DNA from: Octopus sinensis
Lineage: Eukaryota
Assembly (NCBI RefSeq): GCF_006345805.1
Contig: NC_043000.1
Coordinates: 8,742,001-8,806,000, forward strand
DNA: 64,000 bases
Direction: 5' to 3'
Both the position numbers and the translations under genes were made by a program. The notes under the pieces are model-generated. The model was given only the letters and a program-made list of their open reading frames with translations, was not told where the DNA came from and made no database searches. How positions within the stretch are numbered: the first letter of the stretch is position 1; each line of letters opens with the position of its first letter. Below are positions 63,046-64,000 of the stretch, piece after piece.

Positions 63046-63785
63046 GTAGTAGTAGTAGTAGTAGTAGTAGTATAGTAGTAGTAGTAGTAGTAGTAGTAAT
63101 AGTATCAGCAGCAGCAGCAGCAAAATAATGGTCGTATTCGAACTGGCCGAATCGTTAGCACACTTCTGGCTTTACGTTCTGAGTTCAATTTCCACCGAGG
63201 ACAACTTTATCTTTCGTCCTTTCGGGATCGATAAAATACGCTACCATTCAAGCAATGGGGTCAGTATAATCGATTAGCCCCTTCTCCCGAACTTCCTGGC
63301 CTTGTGTCAAAATTTGAAATCATTATTATTATTAGGCGAGCTTGGCAGAATCGTTAGCACGCCGGGCAGAATGCTAAGCAGCATTTCATCTGTCTTTATG
63401 TACCGGGTTCAAATTCTGTCGAGGTCGACTTTGCCTTTTATCCTTTCAGGATCGATAAATTAAGTACCAGTGAAACATTGGGGTTGATATAACTGACTAG
63501 TCCCCTCGCCCAAAATGTCAGGCCTTGTGTCTATAGTAGAAAAGATTATTATTATTATTGTTAGTAGTAGTAGTATTAAGGCGACGAGCTGGCAGAGTCG
63601 TTTGCATTCTGGGCAAAATGCATAGCGGCACTTCATCCGTCTCTACGGTCTGAGCTCAAATTCCGCCAAGGTTGACTTTGCCTTTCATCCTTAGGGGTCT
63701 ATAAAAAAGTTGATCATTGCGTTGATGTAATCAACTTATCCCCCCCTCCGAAACTGCCGACCTTAGGCCAAAATTTGAACCCATT
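62930..63785 (+). mobile_element. SINE family A cluster with (ATT)/(AGT) tails
   Basis: Three plus-strand copies and one short inverted head at 62930-63010. Confidence 0.8.
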
Positions 63786-64000
63786 ACTATTAGTAGTAGT
63801 AGCATTTGTGGTAGTGGTAGTGGTGAGGTGATGGTAGTGGTAGGAGTAATAGTAGTAGTTAGTTTGGTAATATCGATGCCTTTGATATCTTCGATGGAGT
63901 AGGTGATATATTAAATGCAGCCGTCACGGATCCAAAGCAAAGTAATTATAAAGGCTTGCTTTTAATATTATTTTCCTTGATAGAAATTACATACACGCAC

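Overview
This is eukaryotic, AT-rich DNA saturated with microsatellites and transposons. The SINE families and repeat landscape look like an Octopus (cephalopod) genome, which is inference from recognising the repeats. No host gene could be identified confidently, only a few low-confidence candidate exons, and most ORFs in the track are microsatellite translations. Contents: (i) a 5'-truncated Penelope-like element (RT + C-terminal GIY-YIG, Naiad-like) ending in a hammerhead ribozyme (HHR); (ii) several further HHR motifs in unrelated (TA)n-embedded elements, including a 473-bp tandem unit resembling a retrozyme/pLTR and a near-perfect fold-back that appears to be built from half of an HHR; (iii) three or four R4/Dong-clade LINE pieces in (AAT)n, including an internally deleted copy retaining both ends; (iv) Tx1 and RTE LINE remnants; (v) mariner, hAT and Helitron-like non-autonomous DNA elements; (vi) dozens of tRNA-derived SINEs. 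Microsatellite type switches from TA/CA/TACA/TAGA to AAT/GAT/TTC at about 46 kb. All RNA folds and alignments were done by eye.
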